From the NCBI GenBank assembly GCA_963575745.1, contig CAUYUJ010000213.1:1-64000 (forward strand): 64,000 nucleotides of DNA, read 5' to 3'. The position numbers and the translations under genes are program-made. This stretch comes from Prorocentrum cordatum. Its lineage: Eukaryota. Under the pieces are notes generated by a model, which was given only the letters and a program-made list of their open reading frames with translations, was not told the DNA's origin and ran no database searches. Below are positions 24,327 to 36,417 of the stretch, in pieces (within the stretch, counting starts at the first letter, position 1; each line of letters begins with the position of its first letter).

Positions 24327-25620
24327 CATTCGCCCTCGTCGCGGACGAGTGCTCCGCGAGCTGGCTCCGTGAGCTGCTTCGCCCCCCCTGTACTGCCCCC
24401 GCCCCCTTCCCCGTCCATCCCCGAAAGGCTGCCAAAAGAAGTTGCCCAAACCCGGTGGGGCCTCTCGGCGACCATCGGCGTTCGCGGGGCGGACGGCAAG
24501 ACGCTCGGTTTCGTGCTCTCCCAGCCGCGGAAGTACGACGCAGTGAGCCGGTTGCGGGGGGCCCCGAGATATACGCCACCACCACCTCCATTCCCCCCTC
24601 GCCCCCTCCTAGGAGAGAGGAAACGAAGAGGAGGGAGGAGGAGGGGAGGGCGATGGAGGGGGGAGGGGGGGAAAGAAGAGAGAGGGAGCGAAAAGGAGGG
24701 AGGTGGTGGTGGTGTATATCTTCGGGCCCCGCAGGTTGGTTGCGCTCGCGTGCAAAGCGGCGAACGCGCCCTTCGTGGCGCTGCCGGACCAGGAGCATCA
24801 GCAGCCTCCGGACCAGGAGCAGGAGCAGCTAGGCACCGGCTCTGGCCCCGCAGGCGCCGGCCCAGCCCCGGCGGCCGCCCCTCCCTGCCCTGGCGGAGGC
24901 GGCGCCAGCCCCTGCGTCCGCGACGCCGACGCCTGCGGCGCGCCTGACGCCAGCGCAGCCGCGGCGGCATCGGCGCCGCCAGCGGCAGCGGAGGCGTCGC
25001 GGGCCCCGGCGGCCGCGGCGCCGACGCCGCCAGCGGCGGTGCTGGCGCTCAAGCTGCGCGACCTGCTGGCGCTCGAGCTGCCGCTCAAGCGACGGCGCCT
25101 GCAGGCGCGCGGGCGCTCAAGCGCGCGCGGGTACGTCGCGAGGGGGGCGGTTCCATGAGGGGCCCGGGGGCGCTTGCGCGATGGGCCCCCCTGGCCCAGA
25201 TCGAAGACGCCTGCGGCGAATCGCCGCCGCCCCCGTTCTTTTCGTTGGGAAGCGTCGATGCGACCGAAAGTTTCGCCAGAGCTTGCCCGAACTTTCAGAC
25301 TATGTATTCCCGAGCCGTCGTGGACAACATTAGGGGAACGCATGGGGGAGGAAGAGGATGAGGCCTCTTGGGGGCCTACTCGGGCACTGTCGGCACATCC
25401 TGGGAGCTTCGCTGGGGTCCCTTGCGAGGCCTCTCGGGGGCCTCCCTTGGCCTTCTGGGGCCTCTGGGGACTTCTCGGGGGCCTTCTTGGCCGTCTCGGG
25501 GTGTTCCAGGCTCGTCAGACGCCGGCGGGGGCCGTCTCGGGGGCCTCTCCAGGTCGTCCTGGGGCTTTTCCGGGGCGCATCAGGGCCGTCGCGACGGCCG
25601 TCTTGGGCGTCTTGGGGGCC

Positions 25621-26195
25621 TCGTTCTTGCGAGAACGTGGACGTTCTCGCAGGTTGGCGCGCCCGCTCTTGCGAGAACGTGGACGTTCTCGCAAGATGGC
25701 GCGCCCGCTCTCGCGAGAACGTGGACGTTCTCGCAAGATGGTTCTCGCAAGATGGGGCGCCCGCTCTTGCGAGAGCGTGGGCGTTCTCGCAAGATGGCGC
25801 GCCCGCTCTTGCGAGAACGTGGACGTTCTCGCACGATGGCGCGCCCGTTCTTCCGAGAACGGGCCCCTTCTCGCAAGATGGCGCGCCCGCTCTTGCGAGA
25901 ACGGGGCGTCATCGTGGGATGGCGCGCCAATTCTTGCCACAGCGGGCCGGTTCTCGTAAGATGGCGCGCTTGTTCGTGCGGGGACGGGCCTGTTCTCGCG
26001 CGATGGCGCGCCCGTTCTTCCGAGAGCGGGCCCCTTCGCGCAAGATGGCGCGCCGGTTCGTAGGAAAACGGGCCCGTTTGCCAATTCTTGCGAGCGCGGG
26101 CCCGTTCTCGCAAGATGGCGCGCCCATTCTTGCGAGAACGGGCCTGTTCTCGCATGATGGTGCGCTGGTTCTTGCGGGAACGGGCCCATTCTCGT
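25621..26195. repeat. Tandem array of a 42-bp unit with internal palindrome
   Basis: Unit GCGAGAACGTGGACGTTCTCGCAAGATGGCGCGCCCGCTCTT; copies degenerate toward the 3' end. Confidence 0.9.
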
Positions 26196-27989
26196 CTTGG
26201 GGCCCTCTTTGGGCCGTCATGGGGCCCTCTTTGGGCCGTCATGGGGCCCTCTTTGGGCCGTCGTGGCAGCCTTCTGGAGGCCTCGTGGGCGATTTTGGGG
26301 CGATCTAGGGGGCCTTTTGGGCCGTCTTGAGGCCGACAAGAAGCAAATGCCAACATCATAAGCCAACTTATTCCAAATTAATGATATTGGCCTCTTCGGG
26401 CCTTCCTGGAGGAGCTCTTGGAAGCCTCTTCGGCCCATCTTGGAAGCCATATTGGGGGCCTCTGGGGCCGCCCTGGGCTAAGGCCATCTTATACTGTCTC
26501 GGGTGCATCTTGGGCTGTATTGGAGGCGTCTGCGAGCCATCTTAGCCGTCTCGGAGGCCGCGTTGGAGGCTTCTTGGAGGTCTTGGAGGCTTCTTGGGGC
26601 CCTTTTGGGGCCGTCTTGGGGGCTTTTTTGGGCCGCCATGGGGCCATGTCGGAGGCCTCGCGGGCGATCTTGGGGCGATCTTGGGGACCTCCTGGGCCGT
26701 CTTGAGCCGTCGGAAGAACGCAAACAAGCAAATGCCACCGTCTTGAGCCGTCGGAAGGCCGATGAGAAGCAAATGCCAAAATGCATTCGAAGCCCGAAGG
26801 GAAATGAACGGTTTTGGCTTCTGGGCTCTCCTGGAGGACCTCTGGGAAGCTTCTAGACCCGTCTTGGAGGCCTCCTGGGGGCTTCCCCGGAGTGGTTTTA
26901 CGCAATGTTGAGCCAGTATTAGGCCGTCTTCGGTTGATATTGTGCCGTCTTGGAGGCATCTTGGGGCCATCTTGGCCGCCTTGGAGAGGCCATCTCGGCA
27001 GTCTTGGAGGCATCTTAGGGGCCATTTTGGACCATCTTGGAGCCGTCCGGAGCAGAACAACCCTTTGCAACGCGGCCTTCCGTGGCCTTCCAGGACCCCG
27101 GCGGGCTGGGCCGAAGTCCCGGGGATAGTTGCGTTGGAGAAGAAACAAAACCAACACCGAAAGGGTCTAGCACGCCAGGCGCCCCTATAATGCATCCCCA
27201 GGGGGCTATCCCGCCACAGTGCCTGGGTGGTGGGTCAGAGGCCTCGTGGATGTTGGTTGGGATCTCGTGGTTTGCCTCTTCGGGTTTCTCGGTGGCCTCT
27301 TGGGGCCTTTTGGGGGGCCTCTTGGGGATTCTCGGGCGCCCCTTGGGGCGCCCCTGGCGCCCCTTGGGGGGCCCCTGGGGCCCCTCGGTGCCTGGGGGGG
27401 GCCTCTTGGGGGTTTCTTGGGGTTTTCTTGGGGCGGGAAGGGGTGGGGAACTCGAGTTCGGGGCCCCCTCGGAGGCCGCGATCCTCGCGAGCGGTGCCAA
27501 ACAATGCCCTTCCCAAAGTCTTGCGAGAAGACGCGCCGCACCCGAAGGGAGCGGTTGCAAACCCCAAGAGATTTTGGGCGCCGGTTCCCTCGACGACTTA
27601 TCCGGACTGAGTACTGAGGCTCAGAGAAAGGACCTGAGGACACACCCATTTCGCGCTTTTGGCGCGTTGGCGAATTTGTTCATGCGGGCGCGGGGAATTT
27701 CGGACCCCCGGAGCCTCTTGAAAGGAAAGGCCGCGCACTCGACGTCAGGGCAGGAGGGGGGCTTTCCGAGGAGACCGCCCCCCTCGCGCCGCCCGCGTCA
27801 ATGTCGAGGGGAGGAAAGCGACACTGACGCCAACAGGGCGCCCACCTCTAGCGAGGAGGTCCACGATGCCCCCCCGAGCTGGACATGCGGGATATCTCGA
27901 GCGGGAGGGGGGGGGCCGCACCGCCAGGGGATCCCCCCCAGCTCCTCGCGGCGTTGGTGTCGCCTTTGCTCGCCCCTATCATTGCGAAC

Positions 27990-30900
27990 CGACATCAGGC
28001 AGCAGCGGACATCCAGGCAGTAGCGGACATTGGCAAGGGCACCTTCGGCCAGGTGAAAAAGGTCGACCATCGAAACGATACAGATGGCGCTGTTCGCGTC
28101 GGGAAATATCGTCGCAACGGCCGGGTTCGCGCCGAAATCTTCTTGGGCGGCTGGGCTCCGGGGGATGTCCGGGGAGCGCCGGTGCGTTTCCCGAAACAGT
28201 GCTTGCATTTTTCGGGGTGCTGGTTTGTTCGGCGGCATGGCGGGGGCCAGTATTCCTCGAGCGCGACGCACAAAGGGGCTGTCACCACGCAGCTCGCCTT
28301 GCGCAGTTACGCCACATAGGTTGCACCAGCTAGTATTGTTTGGGGGCCACGCTGGCTGGTACAGTAGTTTTTCCCAGCCAGACAGGCCCTTCGCGCCTCG
28401 ACGCGCCCCGGGAGCAGCCAGTCAGACAGTTCCGTGGCAGCGAAGATCTTCGACGACCCCGAGGGCCCGCCGTGCGCCAAACGGCCTTCGGAGGCACGCA
28501 GGTCTCGCGCAGCGGGGGTGGTGCCAGATTGTAGGCTGTACATTCGGAGTTGATTAGTAGGCCGACACTGCAAACTGAAGGGTGCCCTTGTGTCCTGCCT
28601 ATCCCGCCCCGCGCCATCTGCGCGTCCTCTGGTTGTTCGGGGCAACGTTGTCTTCGGAAGAGTCTTGTGTCCTCTCGGGCGTCCTGCCCAATCGACTCCG
28701 ACTGTAACCGTGCCGCGCCCCGAGCCGCAGCCCGCAATCAGGGAGCCCGTCCTCCCTTTACTCCTCCTCCTCCTCCACCCCTCCCTCATCTCCCCCCTCC
28801 TCCGTCGCCCCCCCCCCCCTCCTCCGCTGGGCCCCCGTGCCGTCGCCGCCGATCTTGCGCTCAGCAGGGCGCCGAGCGAGAGGCGGCGGCGTTCGCCGCC
28901 GTCCCGCCGCGCCCCGACGTCTTGCGACTCCTGGACGTCACGATGATGCGGGCGCCCAGGGCGCCCGACCAGCGTTGGCCGCGAGAGCGGCCCGGTTTCG
29001 TTGAAGAGGCCCCCGTCGCGCCGGAATGGGCCCGCCCCCGCGACTTCGGCAGCGAGAACAGGCTCGTTCTCCCGAAACGGGCTGCGCGAGCAGGCCCGTT
29101 CTCGGCGCGGCGGGGGCTGTCTCAGCGAAAATGGGTCCACCCTCGCGACCGCGCGGGGTTTTGGGGCGCCTGGGGGCGAAGCCGGCGCTCCTCTTCCCTT
29201 TGTGCGGCGGCTCCGTGGCCGCGCTGCTCGAGGATGGTCAGGAGTGGCCGGAGGATCGGGCCTGGCAGCTGGCCATCCATGCGCGCTGCCGCGCGATTCC
29301 GCCAGCGCGGTCGGGCGTGCGTCCGGGCGGGCGAGCGAACGCCAGGGGCGGATCAGGATTTTTTAAAATCGCTAAGAATTCGATCGAATTTTCACTTCGG
29401 GTACTTCCCGCCCGGGGGCGCCCAGAACGCAGGATCGCGGTTGCAAAAACAGCGCGTTGGGTCTGGTGCTGAAGTGTGATATGACCCGACGTACGCCTAT
29501 TGCTGCAAGCGCAGTGGCGGACCTCCCTGCTGCGGGCGTTGGACCACGTGCATTCGCATAGCGTCATACACACCGACGTGAAGCCCGCTAACGTGCTCTA
29601 CCTGGCGGCAACGCCCCCGCGATTCGTCCTGGGCGATCTGGGCGCGGCGGAGGCGCTCGACCCCGCCTGGCGGGTCGCGGTGGACAGCGGCGCCGGGCTG
29701 GAGCTCCTGGAGGTTGGCACAATCTGGTACCGAGCTCCAGAACTTTGCCTCGGCGACTCCCAGTACGGATCGCCCGTCGACGCATGGGCGGTCGGGTGCG
29801 CCGTGGCCGAGGTCTTGCGGGCCGCCCCGCTATCAAAGACGCCTACGGCGAATCACCGCCAGGTTTGGAAGCGCATATGTGGCTGAGTGTTTCGCCAGAA
29901 CTTGCCAAAATCATCGGATGCAGTGTTCCCCGAGCCGTTGTTGAAAGCTTGCGGGGAACATGGGGGGAGGGGGAGGAGGAGGAGGAGGAGGAGGCGTCTT
30001 TGGGGCAGTTCTCTGGGCCTCGCGGAGGCTTCCTCTGGTTTTTTGGAGGCAAATTGGGGGCGCCCTTGGGCTTCCACGGGGCTTTTGGGGGCTTCCTGGA
30101 GGTCTCTCTGGCCGTTTTGAAGCGTTTCTGGCCTGTCTGCCGACGTCGGAAGCCGTCTTGGGGGCCTCCGGGTCGTCTGGCGGACCTCTTGTCTTGGGCG
30201 TCTCGGGGGCTTCTCGAGGCCCTCTCGGGGCCGCCCTGAGGGGCTCGTTCTCGAGAGAACGGGTTCGTTCTCGTAAGATGGCGCGCCCGCTCTTGCGAGA
30301 ACGCGGGCGTTCTCGCAAGATGGCGCGCCCGCTCTTGCAAGAACGTGGACGTTCTCGCAAGATGGCGCGCCCGCTCTTGCGAGAACGCGGACGTTCTCGC
30401 AAGATGGGGCGCCCGCTCTTGCGAGAACGTGGACGTCCGCTCTTGCGAGAACGTGGGCTTTCTCGCAAGATGGCGCGCCCGCTCTGGCGAGAACGTGGAA
30501 GTTCTCGCACCATGGGGCGCCCGCTCGTGCGAGAACGTGGACGTTCTCGCACCATGGGGCGCCCGCTCTTGCGAGAACGTGGACGTTCTCGCAAGACGGC
30601 GCGCCCGCTCTTGCGAGAACGTGGACGTTCTCGCAAGATGGCGCGCCCGCCCTTGCGAGAACGTGGACGTTCTCATAACATGGGGCGTCCGTTCTTGCGA
30701 GAACGCGGACGTTCTCGCAAGATGGCGCGCCCGCTCTTTCGAGGACGTGGACGTTCTCGCAAGATGGCGCGCCCGCTCTTGCGAGAACAGGCCCGTTCTC
30801 GTGAGTGGCGGCCGGAGCACTCCAAATGGCGACGGCGGCTTCCCAAAAATGCCATCTTGGGCACCCCCGAATGCCATCTTGGGCACCCCGACTGTCATCT

Positions 30901-31560
30901 TGGATACTCCCTCGGGCCCCTGGATCGGGGACGGCGGCTTCCCGGCGCAGAGCATCGTCGACCTGCTGTTCCAGATTTGGAGGCAGTTCGGGCCGCCAGC
31001 GGTTGGTGGCTACCTCGAAGGTCTGGCGTCGTCGTCAGGGGCCTGGAAGGTCGGGCCGCCGGCGTTCCCGAGCCCGGCGTTCCCGGGCCCGGCGTCCGGC
31101 GGCGCCCCCGGCGTCGCTGGCGCTTGCACCCGGTCCCTGAGCACGGGGGCGCTGCAGCTCGTGGAGCCCCTCCTGGAGCCGGAGCCTGGAGCCCGAGCCC
31201 GAGCCCGAGCAGCCGCGGGCGTCCGGGGCAGGCCCGACCGGGCCGACGAAGACGACGACGACGACGACGACCGGCGGCGGCGGCGGCGGCGGCGGCGGCA
31301 GGCAGAAGACCGGTCGCTCTCCAAATCCTGCCTCATCTCTCCACTTCTTCTCCCTTCCTTCCCCTTGCTTCGCCCGCTCCCCCCCTGCGGGTGTGCATTC
31401 CCCAGGATGAAGCTGGTGGCCGGCGAGCTCGCTGCCGAGCGAGGGCCGTTTTCGCTGGTGGCCGGCGCGCTCGAAATCGAGGTCTTGGAGTGGCTCCAGG
31501 CCGACCCCTGGTGGGGCGCAGCCGCCAGGCATGAGGGGCCTTCCCTCCGCGCCGCTACCA
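27990..31560 (+). CDS. Fragmented (multi-exon or interrupted) Ser/Thr protein kinase, CDK/CMGC-like
   Basis: Subdomains in order on separate segments: IGKGTFGQV (~28029-28055); AEREAAAFAAVPPRPDVLRLLDV (~28870-28940); LFPLCGGSVAALLEDGQEWPEDRAWQLAIH (~29190-29280); LLRALDHVHSHSVIHTDVKPANVL..FVLGDLG..GTIWYRAPE..YGSPVDAWAVGC (29527-29832); FPAQSIVDLLFQIWRQFG..LVEPLLEPEP (~30939-31190). The VAIK lysine was not located, so it may be a pseudogene. Confidence 0.75.
29527..29832 (+). CDS. Kinase catalytic-core exon (subdomains VIa-IX)
   Basis: HTDVKPAN, DLG, GTIWYRAPE, DAWAVGC in one open frame. Confidence 0.9.
30243..30802. repeat. Second array of the 42-bp palindromic unit
   Basis: Same unit, about 13 copies. 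Gives 14-aa periodic spurious ORFs (LLRERGRSRKMARP). Confidence 0.9.
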
Positions 31561-32211
31561 TGAGTTTGAGAGAGGGCCCCCCCCGCCCACCCTGTCCCCG
31601 TTATCCTCCTTGTCTGTTCGCCCCTCCCCCGTCCTCTTCCTCCTCTTCCAGTTTGATCTCCCCTGGCTCCTTGCCCCCCGCCTCTCCTTCCCCCCCCCTC
31701 GCCCACCCCGGCCGGGAGGAGGAGGACGAGGGGGGCGAGGAGGGGGAGGAGGAGGAGGAGGACAGGAGGGGAGGGGGGGGAGGAGGAGGATGAGGAGGAC
31801 GGGGAAGGGAAGGAGGATAGCGACGCGAACGTGGGAACGGAAGAGGAGGAGGAGGAGGAGGGGGAGGAGGAGGAGGAGGAGGAGGGGGGGGAAGGAGGTG
31901 GGGGAAGCGGTCGATAGAGGAAGGGGGGGGGGGGGGGGAGGGGGCGGGCAGGAGAAGGGGGAGGCGGAGGACGGGGCATGGAGGAGGAGGAGGACGACAA
32001 GGACGAGGAGGAGGAGGATGCGGTGTAGAGGACGAGGAGGGAAATGATGATGATGATGAGGGGGAGGAGGAGGAGGCAGAGGAAAGGGGGGAGGGCGCGG
32101 AGGTGGAGGGGGCAGGGGGAGAAGAGGGGGGGGCCCCCCGCGTCTGATGATATGACACCGGAGAAAACCCCAATCGGATTTTTGTCGGGTTTATATGACT
32201 ATTTGGCATTT

Positions 32212-34235
32212 GGGCCATAGGACTATAGGGCTATAGGGCAGTTGGGCTATTGGGCTATTGGGCAATAAGGCTGTAGGGCTATTGGGCTACAGGGCATATA
32301 GGGCTACAGGGCGAAAGGACCATAGGGCCATAGGGCAACAGGGCTATAGGGCTATAGGGCCATAGGGCCATAGGGCTATAGGGCTATAGGGCTATAGGGC
32401 TGTAGGGCTATAGGGCTATAGGGCTATAGGGCTCTAGGGCGGCTATACCATAGGGCTACAGGGCTATACGGCTATAGGGCTATAGGCTATGAGGCTATAG
32501 GACTCTAGGGCTATAGGTCTATAGGGCTATGAGGCTATAGGGCAATAGGACTATAGGGCTATAGGGCTATAGGGCTATAGGGCCATAGGGCTATAGGGCT
32601 ACAGGGCTGTACGGCTATAGGGCTACAGGGCTATAGGCCTATAGGTCTATAGGGCTACAGGGCTACAGGGTGATAGGGCGATAAGGCCATAGGGCTACAG
32701 GGCTACAGGGCTATAGGGCTAAAGGGATACAGGGCTATAGGGCTATAGGGCTATAGGGCTACAGGGCTACAGGGCTATGGGCCTGTAGGGCTATAGGGCT
32801 ATTGGGCTATAAAAGGCTACAGGGCTATAGGGCCATACGGCCACAGGCTATGGGGATATTTGGCTATAAGGCTATAGGGCTATGGGGCTATAGGGCTATA
32901 AGGCTACAGGGCTCTAGGGCTATTGGGCTATAAGGCTACAGGGCTATAGGGCTGTAGGGCTATAGGGTCATAGGGTCATAGGGCTATAGGGCTATATGGC
33001 TAAGGGGCTAAGGGCTGTTGGGCTATCGGGCTATAAGGCTATAGGGATATGGGGCTATAGGGCTGTAGGTCTATGGGGCTACAGGGCGATAGGGCCATAG
33101 GGCTACAGGGCCATAGGGCCATAGGGCTATAGGACTACAGGGCTATAGGGCTATAGGGCTATAGGGCTATAGGGCTATGATGTTGTAGGGCTGTAGGGCT
33201 ATTGGGCTGTTGGGCCATAGGGCTACAAGGCGATATGGCCATAGGGCTATAGGGCTATTGGGCTACAGGGCTACAGGGCTATAGGTCTATAGGTCTATAG
33301 GGCTATAGGGCTATAGGGCTACAAGGCCATAGGGCTACAGGGTTATTGGGCTGTTGGGCTATAGGGCTAGGGGTAGTAGGGCTATAGGGCTATGGGGCCA
33401 TAGGGCTACAGGTCTGTTGGGCCATAGGGTCATAGGGCTGTATGGCTATAGGGCTACAGGGCTATATGGCTATAGGGCTATAGGGCTATGGGGCTGTAGA
33501 GCGATTGGGCCAGAGGGCTATAGGGCTATAGGGCCATAGGGCTACAGGGGTATAAGGCTATTGGGCAAGAGGGCTATAGGACTATAGGGCTATAGGGCTA
33601 TAGGGCTATAGGGCTATGGGGCTATAGGGCTACAGGGCTACATAACTATAAGGCTATTGGGCGATTGGGCTTTAAGGCTCTAGGGCTATAGGGCTGTAGG
33701 GCTATAGGTCTATAGGGCTATAGGGCTGTAGGTCTGTTGGGCTATAGGGCTATTGGGCTACACGGCTGTAGGGCTATAGGGATGTAGGGCCATAGGTCTA
33801 TAGGGCGATAGGGCGATAGGGTCATGGGGCTACAGGGATATAGGGCTATAGGGCTGCAGGGCTATATATTAGGGCTATGGGGCTGTCGGGCTATAGGGCT
33901 ATTGGGCTATTGGGCTATTGGGCCCTAGGTCTACAAGGCCACAGGGCTATTGGGCTCTTGGGCTATAAGGCTACAGGGCTATGGGTCTATAGGGCAATAG
34001 GGCCTGTGGGCTATAGGGCGATAGGGCTACAGGGCCATAGGGCTACAGGGCTATTGGGCTATAGGGCTACATCGGGCTATAGGGCTATAGGGCTATATTT
34101 ATATGGCTATAGGGCCGTAGGGGTACAGGGCCATAGGCCTAGAGAACCATTGGGATACAGGGCTATAGGGCTATAGGGCTATAGGATTCTTATAAGGCTA
34201 TGCGGCTACAGGGCGATAGTCCCCGGCTACAGGCT
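32212..34235. repeat. (GGGCTATA)n octamer satellite, about 2 kb
   Basis: Direct reading; variants GGGCTACA, GGGCCATA, GGGCTATT. Confidence 0.95.
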
Positions 34236-34376
34236 AAAACAATACTGTACTGTTCCCTACCTAGGCTCTGCCCAGAAGGGTTCTTACTCTCTTAGCTTAA
34301 AACGGCCCGGCAGTGCACAGTGCCCGGGCGGTTCCCCCAGTCCCCGCCCCGCGGTTCCCCAAGTCCCCAGGGAGCA

Positions 34377-34733
34377 TTAGCTTTAGCTTTAGCTTTAGCT
34401 TAGCTTGAGCTTAGCTTTAGCTTAGCTTTAGCTTAGCTTTATCTAGCTTTAGCTCAGCTTTAGTTTAGCGTTGGCTTAGCTTTAGCTTAGCTTCAGCTTA
34501 GCGCTACCTTAGCGTTAGCTTAGCTTTAGCTTAACTTTAGCTTAGCTTCAGCTTAGTTTTAGATTTAGCTTTAGCTTTAGCTTAACTTTAGCTTAGCTGT
34601 AGCTCAGCTGTAGCTCAGCTTTAGCTTAGCTTTCGCTTAGCTTTAGCTCAACTTTAGCTTAGCTTTAGCTTAGCTTTAGCTTAGCCTTAGCTTAGCTGTA
34701 GCTTCGCTGTAGCTTAGCTTTAGCTTAGCTTTA
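34377..34733. repeat. (TTAGC/TTTAGC)n satellite
   Basis: Direct reading. Confidence 0.95.
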
Positions 34734-36260
34734 CTGTTACTACTAATGCTGCTTTCCTAGGGGCTCCAACGCCTAGGTAGGGTCGCACTGGGATAAGTTT
34801 ATTTTTGTTTGGGGTATTTTTTATTTTTCGTCGAAAATCCCCCTGTAGGGGGACAGGCCCGACTTGAGGCGAGCCTCTTCGGGAGGCTCGAAAGGCCCCG
34901 GGACTTCCGAGGAGCTTCCTGGGCCTGCTCCGTACGACGCGCACAGAGCTGTTCGGGAGGCCAGGGGTCCGAGGATGCCCAGGCCTTCTGGCTTCCCCCC
35001 CCCCTCTCTCGCCGCCGAGGCAGGTCAGGTGTGCGTTTGGGGGCTCTCCGAGGGCCCACGCAGCTTCAAGCTGGTTCGATGCCAACGCAACTCGAGTTCG
35101 AGTCCAGCTCGGCCGAATTCGACGGACGTTCGACGCTGCGTCGATGCGTGAGCGGAGGGGACGGTCCCCAGAACAAGGATCTCAATCAGGGGCGGGGAGA
35201 GTTCCACACCCTCTTGTGAGTCAGGCCAGTGTTGCCTCACACGCACGACTCAGCCGTTCGCTTGACTTCGCTTCACTCCCGCTCGCCGACAAGAGATCGA
35301 GCAGAGGCGCCAACAAATCGAGACGCTTTCTTCCGCCAGTTTTGGCCTCTGGGGGCTGTCGTTGTCGCTGCTCCCTGAGAGCCGTGTATTCTAGGTGTTT
35401 TTTTGACCGTGACCGCTTCTCCGTCTTGGGCCGCCATGCAGGTGGCCGGGTGTTCTGCAACTCGTGCGGGCTGCCAGTGTGCACAAACCGTGTGCGGCAA
35501 CGGCCCCACGAGGGACGGGAGAGGTCGAGCAGCGACGCGTGGTGTCGTGGCTCGAGGGGTCAGCGCCCCTCTCCCATTTCTGGCCGAGCATCCCTTGGCA
35601 TCGCTCGGACTTGTGCATTTGTTCTTTGGCGAGGACCATCGAGGACCATCCTGGACCATCGAGCAAAAACAACACGCACGAAACCGACAAATGTACGGGA
35701 AATTGACATCCATGGCGAGATCCCCCCCCCTCTTCTTATGCTCCTCGGGATCAGGGCGCCGCCACCACGACAGGCCGTCTTTGCGGCTGGAGCGTCCACG
35801 ACAGCCTCGCATCGAAGGCCCGGTACTGGACATAGTACCTAGTCTGAAGCATCGGAGAGACTCTGAGAGGGGAAGGGAGGGTGCTGGAGATGCTTCGGTG
35901 ATTGAGAAACCCATGGGCACCGGTACTGCACCACCAGAGGGACATCAGCATGCATAGCCTCACTGACGTACTCCCTCCCTCTCCTTCCGCTCTCACACCA
36001 AGAACAGGGAGGAAAAACGGCAGAGGAGGGTAGGAGAAGCGCTTCCATAGGTCTCCCTTCTGGGCATAGGGCCTATTCTGTCGCCAGCCGCCGAATCGGC
36101 TCGATCCTGAGCTTACTTGGAGGCTGTGTGCTTAGATGGCAAGCGTGTTCAAAATGGCACCATACGCTCCTGCCTTGCAGACTACTGGCCTGCCTCCCAA
36201 TGGTGGTGAGGTCGTGGGTGTCCCTTGTGCTCACCATGGAAGTGCTTTGCTTCGGACGGG

Positions 36261-36417
36261 GCCAGGAGGAGGACAAGTCCGTTCCGGAGCGTTCTGGAAC
36301 GCTCTTAGAGCGTTCTGGATTGCTTGAGAAGGCTGCGGAGTCCGAGACATCTTTCAGAGCCGCAAGATCTGAGAGATTCTCGATTTATCCTCACCCGAAT
36401 TTATCCTCGTCCTGGCT
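36261..36417. mobile_element. Short TIR element (GCCAGGANGAGGA...TCCTCGTCCTGGC); second copy ~47110-47270
   Basis: Shared core CATCTTTCAGAGCCGC.AGATCT.AGAGATTCTCGATT.ATCCTCACCCGA. Confidence 0.7.

Larger units (their letters stand above)
23641..34867. mobile_element. 11.2-kb composite bounded by family E TIRs with perfect 8-bp TSD GGCGAGCC
   Basis: Left end TTGTGTCGGGTCTGTCCCCCTACAAGGG at 23641 is preceded by GGCGAGCC (23633-23640). Right end CCCCTGTAGGGGGACAGGCCCGACTTGA ends at 34867 and is followed by GGCGAGCC (34868-34875). Each end carries only part of the MITE core. Confidence 0.85.

Noticed and set aside
25621..30802. 42-bp palindromic arrays as CRISPR
   Set aside because: Units are contiguous with no unique spacers, there are no cas genes, and the context is eukaryotic.
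29843..31793. Long ORFs of 370, 482 and 524 aa
   Set aside because: They are open in several frames because of the stop-free 42-bp repeat. Only ~30939-31560 looks protein-like.
34755..34785. Helitron-like 3' hairpin and CTAG at the end of the cargo
   Set aside because: CCTAGG..CCTAGG is present, but there is no matching 5' TC at an A|T site and no RepHel remnant.
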